Positions 17,254 through 27,066 are shown, counted from the stretch's first letter. The stretch is 64,000 bases of DNA from an uncultured Gemmatimonadales bacterium (GCA_963842945.1 CAWJIM010000016.1:133853-197852), one strand, 5' to 3'. Numbers and translations: made by a program. Notes: a model not told the origin generated them from the sequence alone.

Positions 17254-18944
17254 CGGGCGGCCTCACGCAGCGCGCGGCTGACGGCGTTCCGAACCACCAG
17301 CTCCTTGTCGTCCTGGGCCCGCTGCAGCACCTCCCGGGCTTCGGGAGTCTTCAGTCGCCCCAGCGCCATTGCGGCGCATGCGCGGATCTCCGGAGGTTCC
17401 TTCATCCGCAGCAAGCCACGCTCAAGCAGAAGCGCGCCGAGCGGCTTCAGCGCATTGGCTCCGGCAATGGAACCATAGGCTTCGAAGAAGGCCATCTTCT
17501 CGGTCAGGTCCACGTCCTTGAGCGCTTTGCCCAGGACGACGGCTTCGATTCGCCGGAGGGCGCCCTTATAGCCGCGAGAACCGGCAGACCGTACGGCAGC
17601 GAGCCGGACGTTTCGATCGCTGTCCTCGATGGCTCTGTCCACCACCGTCATTGCGCCGGGGGTACCGAGCAGGCCCAGCGTTTGGACCACGGCAAGGCGG
17701 ATGGCGGGATCGGGATGATTGATGGTCTCTCCCAGCCCCTGAACGGCCTGATGCAGACCCAAGCGGCCACACAGGGTGACCATTCCGAGCAAGGACGGGG
17801 AGTCGGGCAGCTTGAGAATTCGCTGGACCTCCGCCGGATAGGCATGCGCCAGCCGATCGACGACCTCCTCCAGCATCTTTCGCAGCGGTTCGGAGGTGAG
17901 ATTGGGCAACCAGCCCACCAACGGCTCCAGCGCAGTTGCCCGAAGCTCGCGCAACACTTCGGCGGCATAGGTTTCCACGCCAAGATGGCTCGCCTCGTCG
18001 AGGGACTGCAGCAGCTGTCCCACGATAGCGGGCTCGCTCAACTTGAGGACAAAAACCTCGAGCCGTTCGGTAAGCTCCGGCTGCAGTTGTGCCGCTTTTT
18101 CTCGCAGCACCTTGGATTCGCGGAGCACCGCGGCGGCGCTCCGGAAGTCGCGGGCGTTGAGAAGATTGGGGAACAGCCGCTCCAGAGCCCGGAGAATCTC
18201 CTGCCGGACGTTCAGGTCCGGATTGATCTCGAACAGGTCGAACAAAATGTTGAACGCGCTGCCTCGAACGTCTCGCTGATATTCCTCCTCCAGCTCCCGA
18301 GCCAGGTAGCCGATCTCGGCTTCATCCAGGAAGTAGAGAGTGGAGTCAACATCATCGATATCAATCAGACTCTTGGCTCGAGCGGGTGCTTCCTCCGCGA
18401 CTTGCGCCTTTCGGTCAGCGGGAGTCTGCCCTTGGCCTAGCGGCTGACCCGTGGCTTGCGGCATGGCCGTGCCGCCACCCTCGCCGGTGAAGAAATCGAT
18501 GAAGCGATACTCGATGAATTCGAATTCCTGTTCCCACAGGAGGGTCGGCAAATCGTCGCCGGCATCGGGTGGCAGAAAGCGCGCCCGGTTGATCGTGGCC
18601 AGAAGGAGCGGCAGCTCTTTCCCCTCGGCTCCGCGGCGGATGGTCACGGCACGCATGCCGTCCTTGAACAGACTCCAGCTCAGACTCTCGTTCTTGTTGT
18701 TCTGCCGGTAGACGACCTGTTCTTCCCAGGTGAACTCAGACTCCGAGATGTTCAGCACCAGCTCGTCGGTCCCCGACCAGATCGGAGCACAAGCTGCCTG
18801 GACGTTCTGAACGGCCCGCTGATGAATCGGGTTGTTGGGCAGGTAGATCTGGAACGCCCGAAGCGCCTTGACCATCGCCGCGACCAGCTCGACCACCTGA
18901 GCTGTGGGAACAGCCGTGGGCTGGACCTCGGGCTGGGCCGTCAC
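17250..18944 (-). CDS. HEAT-repeat protein with uncharacterised N-terminal domain
   Basis: 564 aa. The C-terminal third has HEAT/PBS-lyase-like repeats ([58 protein letters not shown]). The GTG start overlaps the trpB stop (GTGA at 18941-18944). Confidence 0.7.
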   Translation of the reverse strand: MTAQPEVQPTAVPTAQVVELVAAMVKALRAFQIYLPNNPIHQRAVQNVQAACAPIWSGTDELVLNISESEFTWEEQVVYRQNNKNESLSWSLFKDGMRAVTIRRGAEGKELPLLLATINRARFLPPDAGDDLPTLLWEQEFEFIEYRFIDFFTGEGGGTAMPQATGQPLGQGQTPADRKAQVAEEAPARAKSLIDIDDVDSTLYFLDEAEIGYLARELEEEYQRDVRGSAFNILFDLFEINPDLNVRQEILRALERLFPNLLNARDFRSAAAVLRESKVLREKAAQLQPELTERLEVFVLKLSEPAIVGQLLQSLDEASHLGVETYAAEVLRELRATALEPLVGWLPNLTSEPLRKMLEEVVDRLAHAYPAEVQRILKLPDSPSLLGMVTLCGRLGLHQAVQGLGETINHPDPAIRLAVVQTLGLLGTPGAMTVVDRAIEDSDRNVRLAAVRSAGSRGYKGALRRIEAVVLGKALKDVDLTEKMAFFEAYGSIAGANALKPLGALLLERGLLRMKEPPEIRACAAMALGRLKTPEAREVLQRAQDDKELVVRNAVSRALREAAR

Positions 18945-20142
18945 AGCCGGATGCCCAGAGTAGCTGCGACGTGAGCCACATCTTTGTCGCCCCGGCCGCT
19001 CAGGCAGACCAGGACGAGGGCCTCTGCCGGAAAAGTTCCTGCCGCCCGGCGAATCCAGGCCAGGGCATGCGCAGTCTCGAGCGCGGGGATGATACCCTCC
19101 AGCCGACAGAGGTCCTGAAATGCGGTGAGGGCCTCGGCATCGGTGGCGGTCTCATAGCTCACCCGCCCCGTATCGCGCAGGTAGCTGTGCTCAGGGCCAA
19201 CCCCCGGGTAATCCAAACCAGCCGAGATCGAATGGGCGGGTGTGACCTGTCCGTCGGCGTCCTGCAGCAGATAGCTCAGACTTCCATGCAACACGCCCGG
19301 GCTTCCCGGCGCTCAGGGTCGCACTGTGATGGCCCGAGCCGAGACCCTCGCCCGCCGCCTCGACCCCTACGAGCCGCACATCTGGATCATCGAGAAACCC
19401 GCTGAAGATGCCCATGGCATTGGAGCCGCCCCCAACGCAGGCAACCACCGTGTGCGGCAGCCCGTGAAAGCGGGCGAGCATCTGCTCCCGTGCCTCCTGC
19501 CCAATCACAGACTGGAAGTCGCGGACCATCCGGGGAAAGGGATCGGGCCCAACCACCGACCCGATGATGTAATGCGTGCTCGGCACGTTGGTGACCCAGT
19601 CGCGCAGCGCTTCGTTGGTTGCGTCTTTCAGGGTCCGGGTGCCGGATTCCGACCGGGACCACTGTGGCCCCGAGCAGCTGCATCCGGTACACGTTCAGGC
19701 GTTGGCGCTCGACGTCCTCGGCGCCCATGTAGACGACGCATTCCAGGTCGAAGTGGGCGCACACCGTGGCCGTGGCAACGCCATGCTGTCCTGCGCCGGT
19801 TTCCGCAATGATGCGCCGCTTGCCCATCCGTCTGGCCAGCAGGGCCTGTCCTATGGTGTTGTTGATCTTGTGGGCCCCCGTGTGATTCAAGTCCTCCCGT
19901 TTGAGGACGACGCGAGCACCGACACTGCGGCTGAACCGGGGGGCCTCGGTCAAAGGCGAAGGGCGGCCGACAAAATCGTGAAGCAGGCTCTCCAGTTCGC
20001 TCCAAAATGCCGGGTCGGAGCGGGCGCTGTCATAGACTGCCGACAACTCATCGAGCGCAGCGACGAGGGTCTCGGGTACGTAGCGGCCACCATAGGGGCC
20101 AAATCGGCCTGAGATCTCAGGTGATCGGGCTATGAGCAACAA
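18941..20142 (-). pseudogene. trpB: tryptophan synthase beta chain, two frameshifts
   Basis: Fragments 19387-20142 ([37 protein letters not shown]), 19191-19586 ([12 protein letters not shown]) and 18941-19294 ([24 protein letters not shown]) join into a full TrpB. The span is 1202 nt, not a multiple of 3. Confidence 0.9.
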
Positions 20143-20761
20143 CAGCCTCCACGAAATTCAGAATCTTGTCGGGGTCCTTCTTGCCGGGGCGGCACTCCAC
20201 TCCGGAGCTCACGTCCACGATCTCAGGGCGGACCAGGGCTAGAGCCTCGGAGACGGATTCGGGGGTAAGTCCTCCGGCCAGCACCATGGCATGGCCGCTC
20301 AGCCGATCTCGAGCTTGCCGGGCAATTGCCAGATCGAGGGAGATTCCCGTCCCACCCAAGGCTCGGGAGACCCGCGGCTCAACCAGTACTGCGTCGGAAT
20401 CGGGGATGGCGGCGGCCACAAGATCCAGATGCGCCGGCGCCGCGATTCGCACGACCCGCCAAACCTCGAGTCCTTCGCTCCGGAGCCGGTGTGCGTCAGG
20501 CTGAGAATAGGAGCCATGCAGCTGAGCGCCGCTAAGGTCCGCGTACGCACAGATCTGGAGAATTTCCTCGACCGGCTCTTCGCCAAAGACACCGATGACC
20601 GGCACGCCAGCCGCTGCGGCAACCAACTCGCGGGCTTGGCTGCGGGTGACAGTTCTCTCCCCCGCAGCAAAAACAGCGCCCAGATATGACGCGCCGGCTC
20701 GAGCCGCCGTGGCCGCATCCTCTGCTCGCATCAGCCCACAGATCTTGACCTTAGCGGTCAT
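20117..20761 (-). CDS. trpF: phosphoribosylanthranilate isomerase
   Basis: 214 aa beginning [16 protein letters not shown], with ...[10 protein letters not shown]. It lies between trpC and trpB. Confidence 0.85.
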   Translation of the reverse strand: MTAKVKICGLMRAEDAATAARAGASYLGAVFAAGERTVTRSQARELVAAAAGVPVIGVFGEEPVEEILQICAYADLSGAQLHGSYSQPDAHRLRSEGLEVWRVVRIAAPAHLDLVAAAIPDSDAVLVEPRVSRALGGTGISLDLAIARQARDRLSGHAMVLAGGLTPESVSEALALVRPEIVDVSSGVECRPGKKDPDKILNFVEAVVAHSPIT

Positions 20762-21542
20762 GTCGCCTGACCTCTGACAGCTCGCGCAGGAGTTGGTCCG
20801 GGGCTTGGCTTTCAGAGAGCGCAGTCCCCACTAGGACCGCGTCAGCCCCGGCCGTCGCAGCGCGGGTCACGTCGGTCCGATGGGCAATGCCACTCTCCGC
20901 CACGGCAATCGGCTCCCTGGGCACCTGCGCCATGAGCGCCCAGGCAGCCTCCAGATCGATCCTGAAGGTATCCAGATCTCTGCTGTTGATCCCCACGATC
21001 TGGGCCTCACTTTCCAGAGCGATCTCCAGCTCGGACCGGGTATGCACCTCGACCAGAGCATCGAGCCCGAGCTCCCCGCAGTATCGAAGGAGCGATCTCA
21101 GCCGCGCCCTATCCAGGACCCTCACGATCAAGAGAACGGCCGACGCACCCGCCGCTCTGGCTTCGAGCACCTGGACCTCATCCAGGATGAAGTCCTTGCG
21201 CAGGATCGGCAAAGAACAGTTATCGGCGGCGGTACGCAGATCCTCCATCGAACCCCCGAAAAATGGGCCGTCGGTGAGGACGGAGATGGCTGCGGCACCA
21301 TGCTGGCCGTAGAGCGCCGCCCGATGAGCAGGATCCAGATCTTCCCGGATGCTCCCCGCCGACGGCGATCGGCGCTTCAACTCGGCAATGACGGCCACAG
21401 TGGGACGCCGGAGGGCTGAGCGAAACGAAGGAGGGGCTGCCCCAGCCCGCTCCAAGTCCCGTTCCAGAGCGCCTCTCCGCCTCTGTAAGGCGGGAAGGCT
21501 TTGGCGGGTTGCATTGACGATCTCGTCCAGGCGTCCGGCCAT
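20751..21542 (-). CDS. trpC: indole-3-glycerol phosphate synthase
   Basis: 263 aa with VIAELKRRSPSAG, LPILRKDFILD, LVEVH, GINSRDL and AESGI. Confidence 0.9.
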   Translation of the reverse strand: MAGRLDEIVNATRQSLPALQRRRGALERDLERAGAAPPSFRSALRRPTVAVIAELKRRSPSAGSIREDLDPAHRAALYGQHGAAAISVLTDGPFFGGSMEDLRTAADNCSLPILRKDFILDEVQVLEARAAGASAVLLIVRVLDRARLRSLLRYCGELGLDALVEVHTRSELEIALESEAQIVGINSRDLDTFRIDLEAAWALMAQVPREPIAVAESGIAHRTDVTRAATAGADAVLVGTALSESQAPDQLLRELSEVRRHDR

Positions 21543-21549
21543 CTTGTCC

Positions 21550-21590
21550 TTCGGCGGGTATTCGGGTAGGTTTTTTCGGGCTCTATTCGG
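21550..21590. promoter_or_regulatory. four TTCGG direct repeats (spacing 11/14/11) in the trpC-lexA divergent region; candidate operator
   Basis: TTCGG occurs at 21550, 21561, 21575 and 21586, i.e. two nTTC-N7-nTTC units. The function is inferred only. Confidence 0.3.
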
Positions 21591-21629
21591 TCAACCTGTC
21601 TGTCGCAATCACCTCATGGAGGAGTCCTG

Positions 21630-22239
21630 ATGCCGCTGACCAAGCGCCAGAGTGAAATCCTCAGCTATCTGCAGACCCACATCAACGGGCAGGGATACGC
21701 GCCAAGCTTCGAGGAAATCGCTGAGAAATTCGGCTTTCAGTCGCTGGCCACCGTACACGAGCACCTCACGAACCTGGAGCGGAAGGGGTACATCCGGCGC
21801 TCCTACAATGAGAGCCGGTCGATTGAAGTGCTCCCTCCCCGGGGTACCTCCTCCGCCAGCGAAATCCCCCTCCTGGGAAAGGTTGCCGCCGGCACTCCGA
21901 TCGAATCGCTCATGCAGGAGGAGAGCATTGCCGTGCCCGGAGCACATGCTGCCGCGGCGCGGGCCGAACTACGCGCTCAAGGTCGAGGGCTCCTCGATGG
22001 TCGACGACCACATCGTCGATGGTGACATCGTCGTGGTCCACGGCAAGCAAACCGCCGAGAACGGCGAAATGGTCATCGCTCTGGTCAATGGCAGCGAAGC
22101 CACCGTCAAGAAGTTCTACCGTGAGCCGGGTGGATGGATCCGGCTTCAGCCGGCCAACGCCACCATGCAGCCGATGAGGTTTCAGGAGCGGGACGTGCTC
22201 ATCCAAGGCGTAGTGGTCGGCGTCATCCGCAAGTATTAG
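21630..22239 (+). pseudogene. lexA: LexA repressor, one frameshift
   Basis: The N-terminal wHTH domain (MPLTKRQSEILSYLQ...GYAPSFEEIA...LERKGYI) is in ORF 21630-22025. The S24 peptidase part (YALKVEGSSMVDDHI...VALVNGSEATVKKF) is in the ORF ending at 22239. The break is at about 21942, where CCCGGAGCAC looks like CCC GAG CAC plus one extra G. A GGAGGAG Shine-Dalgarno sequence lies at 21619-21625. Confidence 0.9.
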
Positions 22240-22243
22240 GGGC

Positions 22244-23386
22244 CTATGCCTGAGCCAGGGGCTTTGGTGCCGCCGCCCGCAAGCGCTGGAGCGCCGAAGC
22301 CGCGGCACCGCTGTCCAGCGCGGCCCGGGCACGCTCTACCGATTCTTCCAGCGACCAGCCGTTGCCCGAGACGTAGAGCGCCGCGGCCGCGTTCAGCACC
22401 GCCGCGCAGAGCCGAGCCCCGCTTTCCTCTCCAGCCAGGAGACGGGTGATCAGGTCGGCGTTTTGTTGCGGGTCACCCCCTGCCAAACCATCCAGGTCAT
22501 TGCACTCCAATCCCAGGCTGGCGGGATTCAGCTCCCAGGTTCGGGTGCTCCCCTCCACCACCTCCCACACGTAGGTGCATCCGGAGGGACTGATCTCGTC
22601 CATCCCCACGGCGGCATGCAGCACCAGCGCGTGCCTGGCGCCGAGCTCCGCCAGCGCCTCCGCTAAGACTGGCGCACGGGAGCCATCCGAGACGCCCACC
22701 ACCTGACGAGTTACGCCGGCCGGGTTAGCCAGTGGGCCGAGAAGATTCATGATCGTGGGGACTCCGAGCTCTTTGCGCACCGGCGCGAGATGACGCATGG
22801 CCGGGTGGTAGCTCGGCGCGTACATGAATACCACACCGCTGGAGCGAAGCACCCGCCCCACCTCCCGAGGATCCATTACGATGTCGATGCCCAACGCCTC
22901 CAGAACATCCGCGGATCCACACCGGGAGGTGTAGCTCCGGTTGCCGTGTTTGGCGACGGGAATGCCGGCCCCAGCGACGATAAAAGCGGCAGCGGTTGAG
23001 ATGTTGAACGTGCCGATCCGGCCTCCACCAGTTCCGCAGGTATCCACCAAAACATCCCGCTCACCCAGGTCGGCCTGAAGCATGGCCCGTCTTAAAGCCT
23101 CAGCTGCTCCGGCCACCTCCTGGGGTGTCTCGCCTTTGATCCTTAGTCCAATGAGCAACGCGGCCGCCTGGGCGGGGGCAAACCGGCCTTCCATCAGCGC
23201 GTCGAAGGCGGCCCCCGCCTCCTCCCGTTCCAGAGAGAGCCGCTGGGACAGCTTCTGCACAGCAGACCGGAGGGCGGAGTCGTCTGTCACCGGTGTGACC
23301 TGTGGGGCCGGGTTGGGGTAGCTCACGGGGAGAGGCGAAGGAGGGAAAGTGTATCCGCCGAAGAGGCCTTTTGTCAATTCTGACAA
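22244..23386 (-). CDS. trpD: anthranilate phosphoribosyltransferase
   Basis: 380 aa with LIGLRIKGETPQEVAGAA, DTCGTGGGRIGTFNISTAAA, VAKHGNRS and PTIMNLLGPLANP. The first ~35 aa may be an over-extension, so the start is uncertain. Confidence 0.9.
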   Translation of the reverse strand: MSELTKGLFGGYTFPPSPLPVSYPNPAPQVTPVTDDSALRSAVQKLSQRLSLEREEAGAAFDALMEGRFAPAQAAALLIGLRIKGETPQEVAGAAEALRRAMLQADLGERDVLVDTCGTGGGRIGTFNISTAAAFIVAGAGIPVAKHGNRSYTSRCGSADVLEALGIDIVMDPREVGRVLRSSGVVFMYAPSYHPAMRHLAPVRKELGVPTIMNLLGPLANPAGVTRQVVGVSDGSRAPVLAEALAELGARHALVLHAAVGMDEISPSGCTYVWEVVEGSTRTWELNPASLGLECNDLDGLAGGDPQQNADLITRLLAGEESGARLCAAVLNAAAALYVSGNGWSLEESVERARAALDSGAAASALQRLRAAAPKPLAQA

Positions 23387-23433
23387 GCAGTTGCAGCCTT
23401 GCTCCGAGTTTGGGGCTCGGCTAAATTCCGGCG

Positions 23434-24234
23434 GTGAGCCGGACCTTCCTCGCCACGCTTCACTACGACGGCACCGGCTTTGTCGGATGGCAACGTCAGC
23501 CGGCCGGCCGTTCGGTTCAAGCTGAATTCGAGCGGGTCCTCGAACGCATCTTCGGCCGTCACGTGGCAGCCCATGCCGCCGGTCGCACCGATGCCGGTGT
23601 GCACTCGGTGGGTCAGGGTGTCAGCTTTACCGCTCCGGCCGGCTGGACCGAAGAATCCCTTCATCGCGCGCTGAACGCCTTGCTTCCCGGTGACTGCTGG
23701 GCCGCATCCGTTCATCCCATGCTCTCAGGATTCCACGCCAGAAAGTCGGCCCTTTCCCGGCGCTACCGCTACGACATCGGAACCGACGAGGCCTCGGCTT
23801 CACCGTTTCGCCGCCGATTCGAATGGGCGCTGAAGCGGTCGCTGGATTTTGCCCTGCTCCAGTCCTCTGCTGAGCGGCTCCGCGGCGAGCACGACTTCAA
23901 GGCCTTTGCTGCCAAGGGCGATAAGCCGCACCACCATTGCCGGCTGCTGCTCTCCTACTGGGAGCACCGGCCTGGTGAGCGGGGCGTGAGCTATCACGTG
24001 GAGGCAGACCGCTTCCTCCATCACATGGTCCGGATGCTGGTAGGCACCATGGTCGATGTCGGATTGGGCCGGCGTCCGATTGACGACATAGACGCGCTGC
24101 TCGTGCGGCAGGATAACAGCGAGACCAGTCCTCCGGCTCCGCCGCAGGGGCTGTACTTCACCAGCGTGACGTATTTGCCGGAGTTGTTCCAGTCGTCAGT
24201 GGAGGCAACTCATGCCGCTGCGCCGGTCAGCTAG
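23434..24234 (+). CDS. truA: tRNA pseudouridine(38-40) synthase
   Basis: 266 aa with LHYDGTGFVGWQRQ, GRTDAGVHSVGQ, FHARKSA and FLHHMVRMLVG. Confidence 0.9.
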   Translation: MSRTFLATLHYDGTGFVGWQRQPAGRSVQAEFERVLERIFGRHVAAHAAGRTDAGVHSVGQGVSFTAPAGWTEESLHRALNALLPGDCWAASVHPMLSGFHARKSALSRRYRYDIGTDEASASPFRRRFEWALKRSLDFALLQSSAERLRGEHDFKAFAAKGDKPHHHCRLLLSYWEHRPGERGVSYHVEADRFLHHMVRMLVGTMVDVGLGRRPIDDIDALLVRQDNSETSPPAPPQGLYFTSVTYLPELFQSSVEATHAAAPVS

Positions 24235-25630
24235 CTTTTTGCTGGCGGCGGGGGTCGCCGGCATCGGCTGCCGTGATGCGCCAGAGCGCGAGCTCAGGGT
24301 GGCCACGGCAGGAGCCCAGACATCATCTCGAGTCGCGTCGACCCAAAAGTCCGTCGATGTCTCCCGCCGGACCGCGCTGGTCACGGCCGCAGATCGGGTC
24401 TCCCGGTCGGTCGTCTCGATCAACGTCTCGTCGCGCCAGCAAGTAACGCCCCGGTCGCCCTGGGATTTCTTTTTCGTGCCGGAGGGAGCTCGCGTCGTCC
24501 AGGGCTACGGGACCGGTTTCATCCTCCGGCCGAGCGGTATCATCGTCACCAATCAACACGTCGTGGCCGGTGCCGAGCGGGTGGTGGTCACCCTGCCCGA
24601 CGGCAGCGACCTGCCCGCCACCGTGCTGGGCGAAGACCCGGTCACCGACATCGCGGTATTGCGGGTCAAGCGGGACGGACTGCCGACCGTGGTGGTAGGC
24701 CGCAGTACGGACCTGATGATCGGCGAATGGGTCGTCGCCCTGGGCAATCCATATGCGTACCTCCTGGGCAACGCGGAGCCGACCGTCACCGTTGGGGTGG
24801 TGAGCGCCACCGGCCGCAACATTCTTCCGGGAGGCGACCAGACCGGACTGTACCTGGACATGATTCAGACCGACGCCGCGATCAACCCGGGGAATTCGGG
24901 CGGACCGCTGACCAACGCGCTGGGTGAGGTCGTGGGAGTCAACTCCTCCATTTTCAGTAATAGCGGCGGCTCGGTCGGCCTGGGATTCGCCATACCGATC
25001 GAACGGGCGGTCCGGGTGGCCGATGAGATCATCAAGAGTGGCACGGTGCGGCGGGCCTGGGTCGGGCTCGAAGTCGAAGGAGCGAGTGCCATGCGTGAAT
25101 GGAAGAGTCAGGGAGGCGTAGCGCTCGCCAGTGTAGCGCCTGGTGGGCCGGCCGCGCGTGCCGGCCTCCAACCAGGCGATGTTCTGGTCGAGGCCAACGG
25201 CCGGCGGCTACGGAACTACCTCGACTGGGAAGCAGTCAAGCTCGATCTCCACGTGGGCGACACGGTGTCGGTGGTCCAGCGGAGCGGGAGCAGCACGGCA
25301 CGGCGCCGGATCGTTACCGGCGACCTCCCGACGGTCACTGCCGAAAAGATCACGGTGCTCCAGGACCTGCAGCTGATCAACGTCACCCCGGCCATTCAGG
25401 CGGAGCGCGGTATCCGGAGCGAGCGTGGCGCCCTGATCTTTCGGATCTCGCCTCAGGTGGGTCGCGCGACCGGGCTGCAGGCAGGAGACGTAATCCTGGC
25501 GATCAATCGCTCACCGGTTCGCAATGCCGCGGATGTATCCGACCTGATGAACGTGCGGCCGGGACAGGTGATTCGAATCTACGTCGAGCGCGAGGCGCAG
25601 GTCACCTTTACCGATCTGATCTTCCGATGA
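24212..25630 (+). CDS. htrA: HtrA/DegP-family serine protease with two PDZ domains
   Basis: 472 aa with GTGFILRPSGIIVTNQHVV, DIAVLRV and DAAINPGNSGGPL (the catalytic triad context). Two PDZ-like regions are present (AGLQPGDVLVEANG, LQAGDVILAINR). Confidence 0.9.
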   Translation: MPLRRSASFLLAAGVAGIGCRDAPERELRVATAGAQTSSRVASTQKSVDVSRRTALVTAADRVSRSVVSINVSSRQQVTPRSPWDFFFVPEGARVVQGYGTGFILRPSGIIVTNQHVVAGAERVVVTLPDGSDLPATVLGEDPVTDIAVLRVKRDGLPTVVVGRSTDLMIGEWVVALGNPYAYLLGNAEPTVTVGVVSATGRNILPGGDQTGLYLDMIQTDAAINPGNSGGPLTNALGEVVGVNSSIFSNSGGSVGLGFAIPIERAVRVADEIIKSGTVRRAWVGLEVEGASAMREWKSQGGVALASVAPGGPAARAGLQPGDVLVEANGRRLRNYLDWEAVKLDLHVGDTVSVVQRSGSSTARRRIVTGDLPTVTAEKITVLQDLQLINVTPAIQAERGIRSERGALIFRISPQVGRATGLQAGDVILAINRSPVRNAADVSDLMNVRPGQVIRIYVEREAQVTFTDLIFR

Positions 25631-27066
25631 CAGACGACCGCTGGCGTTCTCCGCTGAGCACGCGCTACGCCTCGCCCGCCATGCAGACGCTCTGGGGCGA
25701 GGCGCGCCGGATTTCCCTCTGGCGCAGGCTCTGGCTGGCCCTGGCCGAATCAGAGCGGGAGTTGGGCCTGGATATCCCCGATTCGGCCATCTCGCAGATG
25801 CGAGCCCACCTCGACGATGCCGATCTGGCGGCGGCTGCACGCTACGAGCGCCGATTCCGACATGATGTCATGGCTCACATTCACGCCTTTGCCGACCAGG
25901 CCCCCGCGGCTCGGCCGTTCCTCCATCTGGGCGCCACCAGCGCGTTTGTTACCGACAATGCGGACCTGATCGTCATGCGGGACGGTCTGCGGCTTCTGTT
26001 GGGCCGCCTGATTGCCGTGTTGCGCGCGCTGGAGCGGTTCGCCACTCGGTATGCCGGGCTGCCCTGCCTGGCTTACACTCACTTCCAGCCGGCCCAGCTT
26101 ACCACGGTTGGAAAGCGGGCCACGCTATGGATGCAGGACTTTTCCCTCGACGTGGAGGAGATGTGTCACCGCATCGAGGGGCTTCGGCTGCGGGGTTGTA
26201 AGGGCACGACCGGGACGCAGGCCTCTTTCCTTCAGCTGTTCGGTGGGGACCACGAGAAGGTCCGCGAGCTCGACCGGCGGGTGGCGATGAAGCTGGGAGT
26301 TCACCAGACGTTTGCGGTGACTGGCCAGACCTATACCCGCAAGGCCGACAGCGTGGTCCTGGAGGCCCTTGGCGGCATCGCCCAGTCAGCATCGAAGATG
26401 GCCGGTGATCTCCGGCTGCTGCAGCACGAGGGAGAGCTGCTCGAGCCCTTCGAGTCTGAGCAGATCGGCTCCAGCGCCATGGCCTACAAGCGCAACCCGA
26501 TGCGGGCGGAGCGCATCAGCGGCCTGGCACGGTACGTCATGGCATTACCGGCCAACACCTCCCAGACCGCAGCGACCCAGTGGCTGGAGCGCACCCTGGA
26601 CGACAGCGCAAACCGGCGGCTCACACTCCCCGAAGGATTCCTGGCCACCGATGCCATTCTGGTTCTGGCCACGAACATCGCCGCAGGGCTGGAGGTGCGG
26701 GAAGACGTGATCCGGCAGCACGTGGCGGACCAGATGCCGTTCATGGCCACTGAGCGCTGGCTGATGCTGGGGGTTGGTGCGGGTGGGGACCGCCAGGCGC
26801 TGCACGAGGTAATCCGGCGGCACAGCCTGGCCGTGGCGGAGGCGGTGAGCCGGGGCGAGGCCAACGATCTGCTGGCACGGCTCGCGGCGGATCCCGCCTT
26901 CCGGACCGTCTCGACGGCTGCACTCCAGGCCGAGCTGGACCCGGTTAACTACACCGGCCGGGCGGCGCAGCAGGTCCCGGAGTTTATCGACGAGTACCTG
27001 CAACCGCTGCTGGCTCGTGCCCGGCCGTTGGCAGCAGAGGCCGAAGCAACGGAGGTGGTGGTATGA
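25627..27066 (+). CDS. purB: adenylosuccinate lyase
   Basis: The ATG at 25627 overlaps the htrA stop (ATGA). MTDDRWRSPLSTRYASPAM..., GSSAMAYKRNPMRAE is the fumarate-lyase signature. The 655-aa track ORF starting at 25099 is an out-of-frame run-on over htrA. Confidence 0.9.
   Translation: MTDDRWRSPLSTRYASPAMQTLWGEARRISLWRRLWLALAESERELGLDIPDSAISQMRAHLDDADLAAAARYERRFRHDVMAHIHAFADQAPAARPFLHLGATSAFVTDNADLIVMRDGLRLLLGRLIAVLRALERFATRYAGLPCLAYTHFQPAQLTTVGKRATLWMQDFSLDVEEMCHRIEGLRLRGCKGTTGTQASFLQLFGGDHEKVRELDRRVAMKLGVHQTFAVTGQTYTRKADSVVLEALGGIAQSASKMAGDLRLLQHEGELLEPFESEQIGSSAMAYKRNPMRAERISGLARYVMALPANTSQTAATQWLERTLDDSANRRLTLPEGFLATDAILVLATNIAAGLEVREDVIRQHVADQMPFMATERWLMLGVGAGGDRQALHEVIRRHSLAVAEAVSRGEANDLLARLAADPAFRTVSTAALQAELDPVNYTGRAAQQVPEFIDEYLQPLLARARPLAAEAEATEVVV

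Noticed and set aside
25099-25626. N-terminal 176-aa extension of the purB ORF (655-aa track entry)
   Set aside because: It overlaps the C-terminal PDZ part of htrA in another frame and is Arg/Pro-rich. A proper ATG at 25627 overlaps the htrA stop and gives a normal-length adenylosuccinate lyase.
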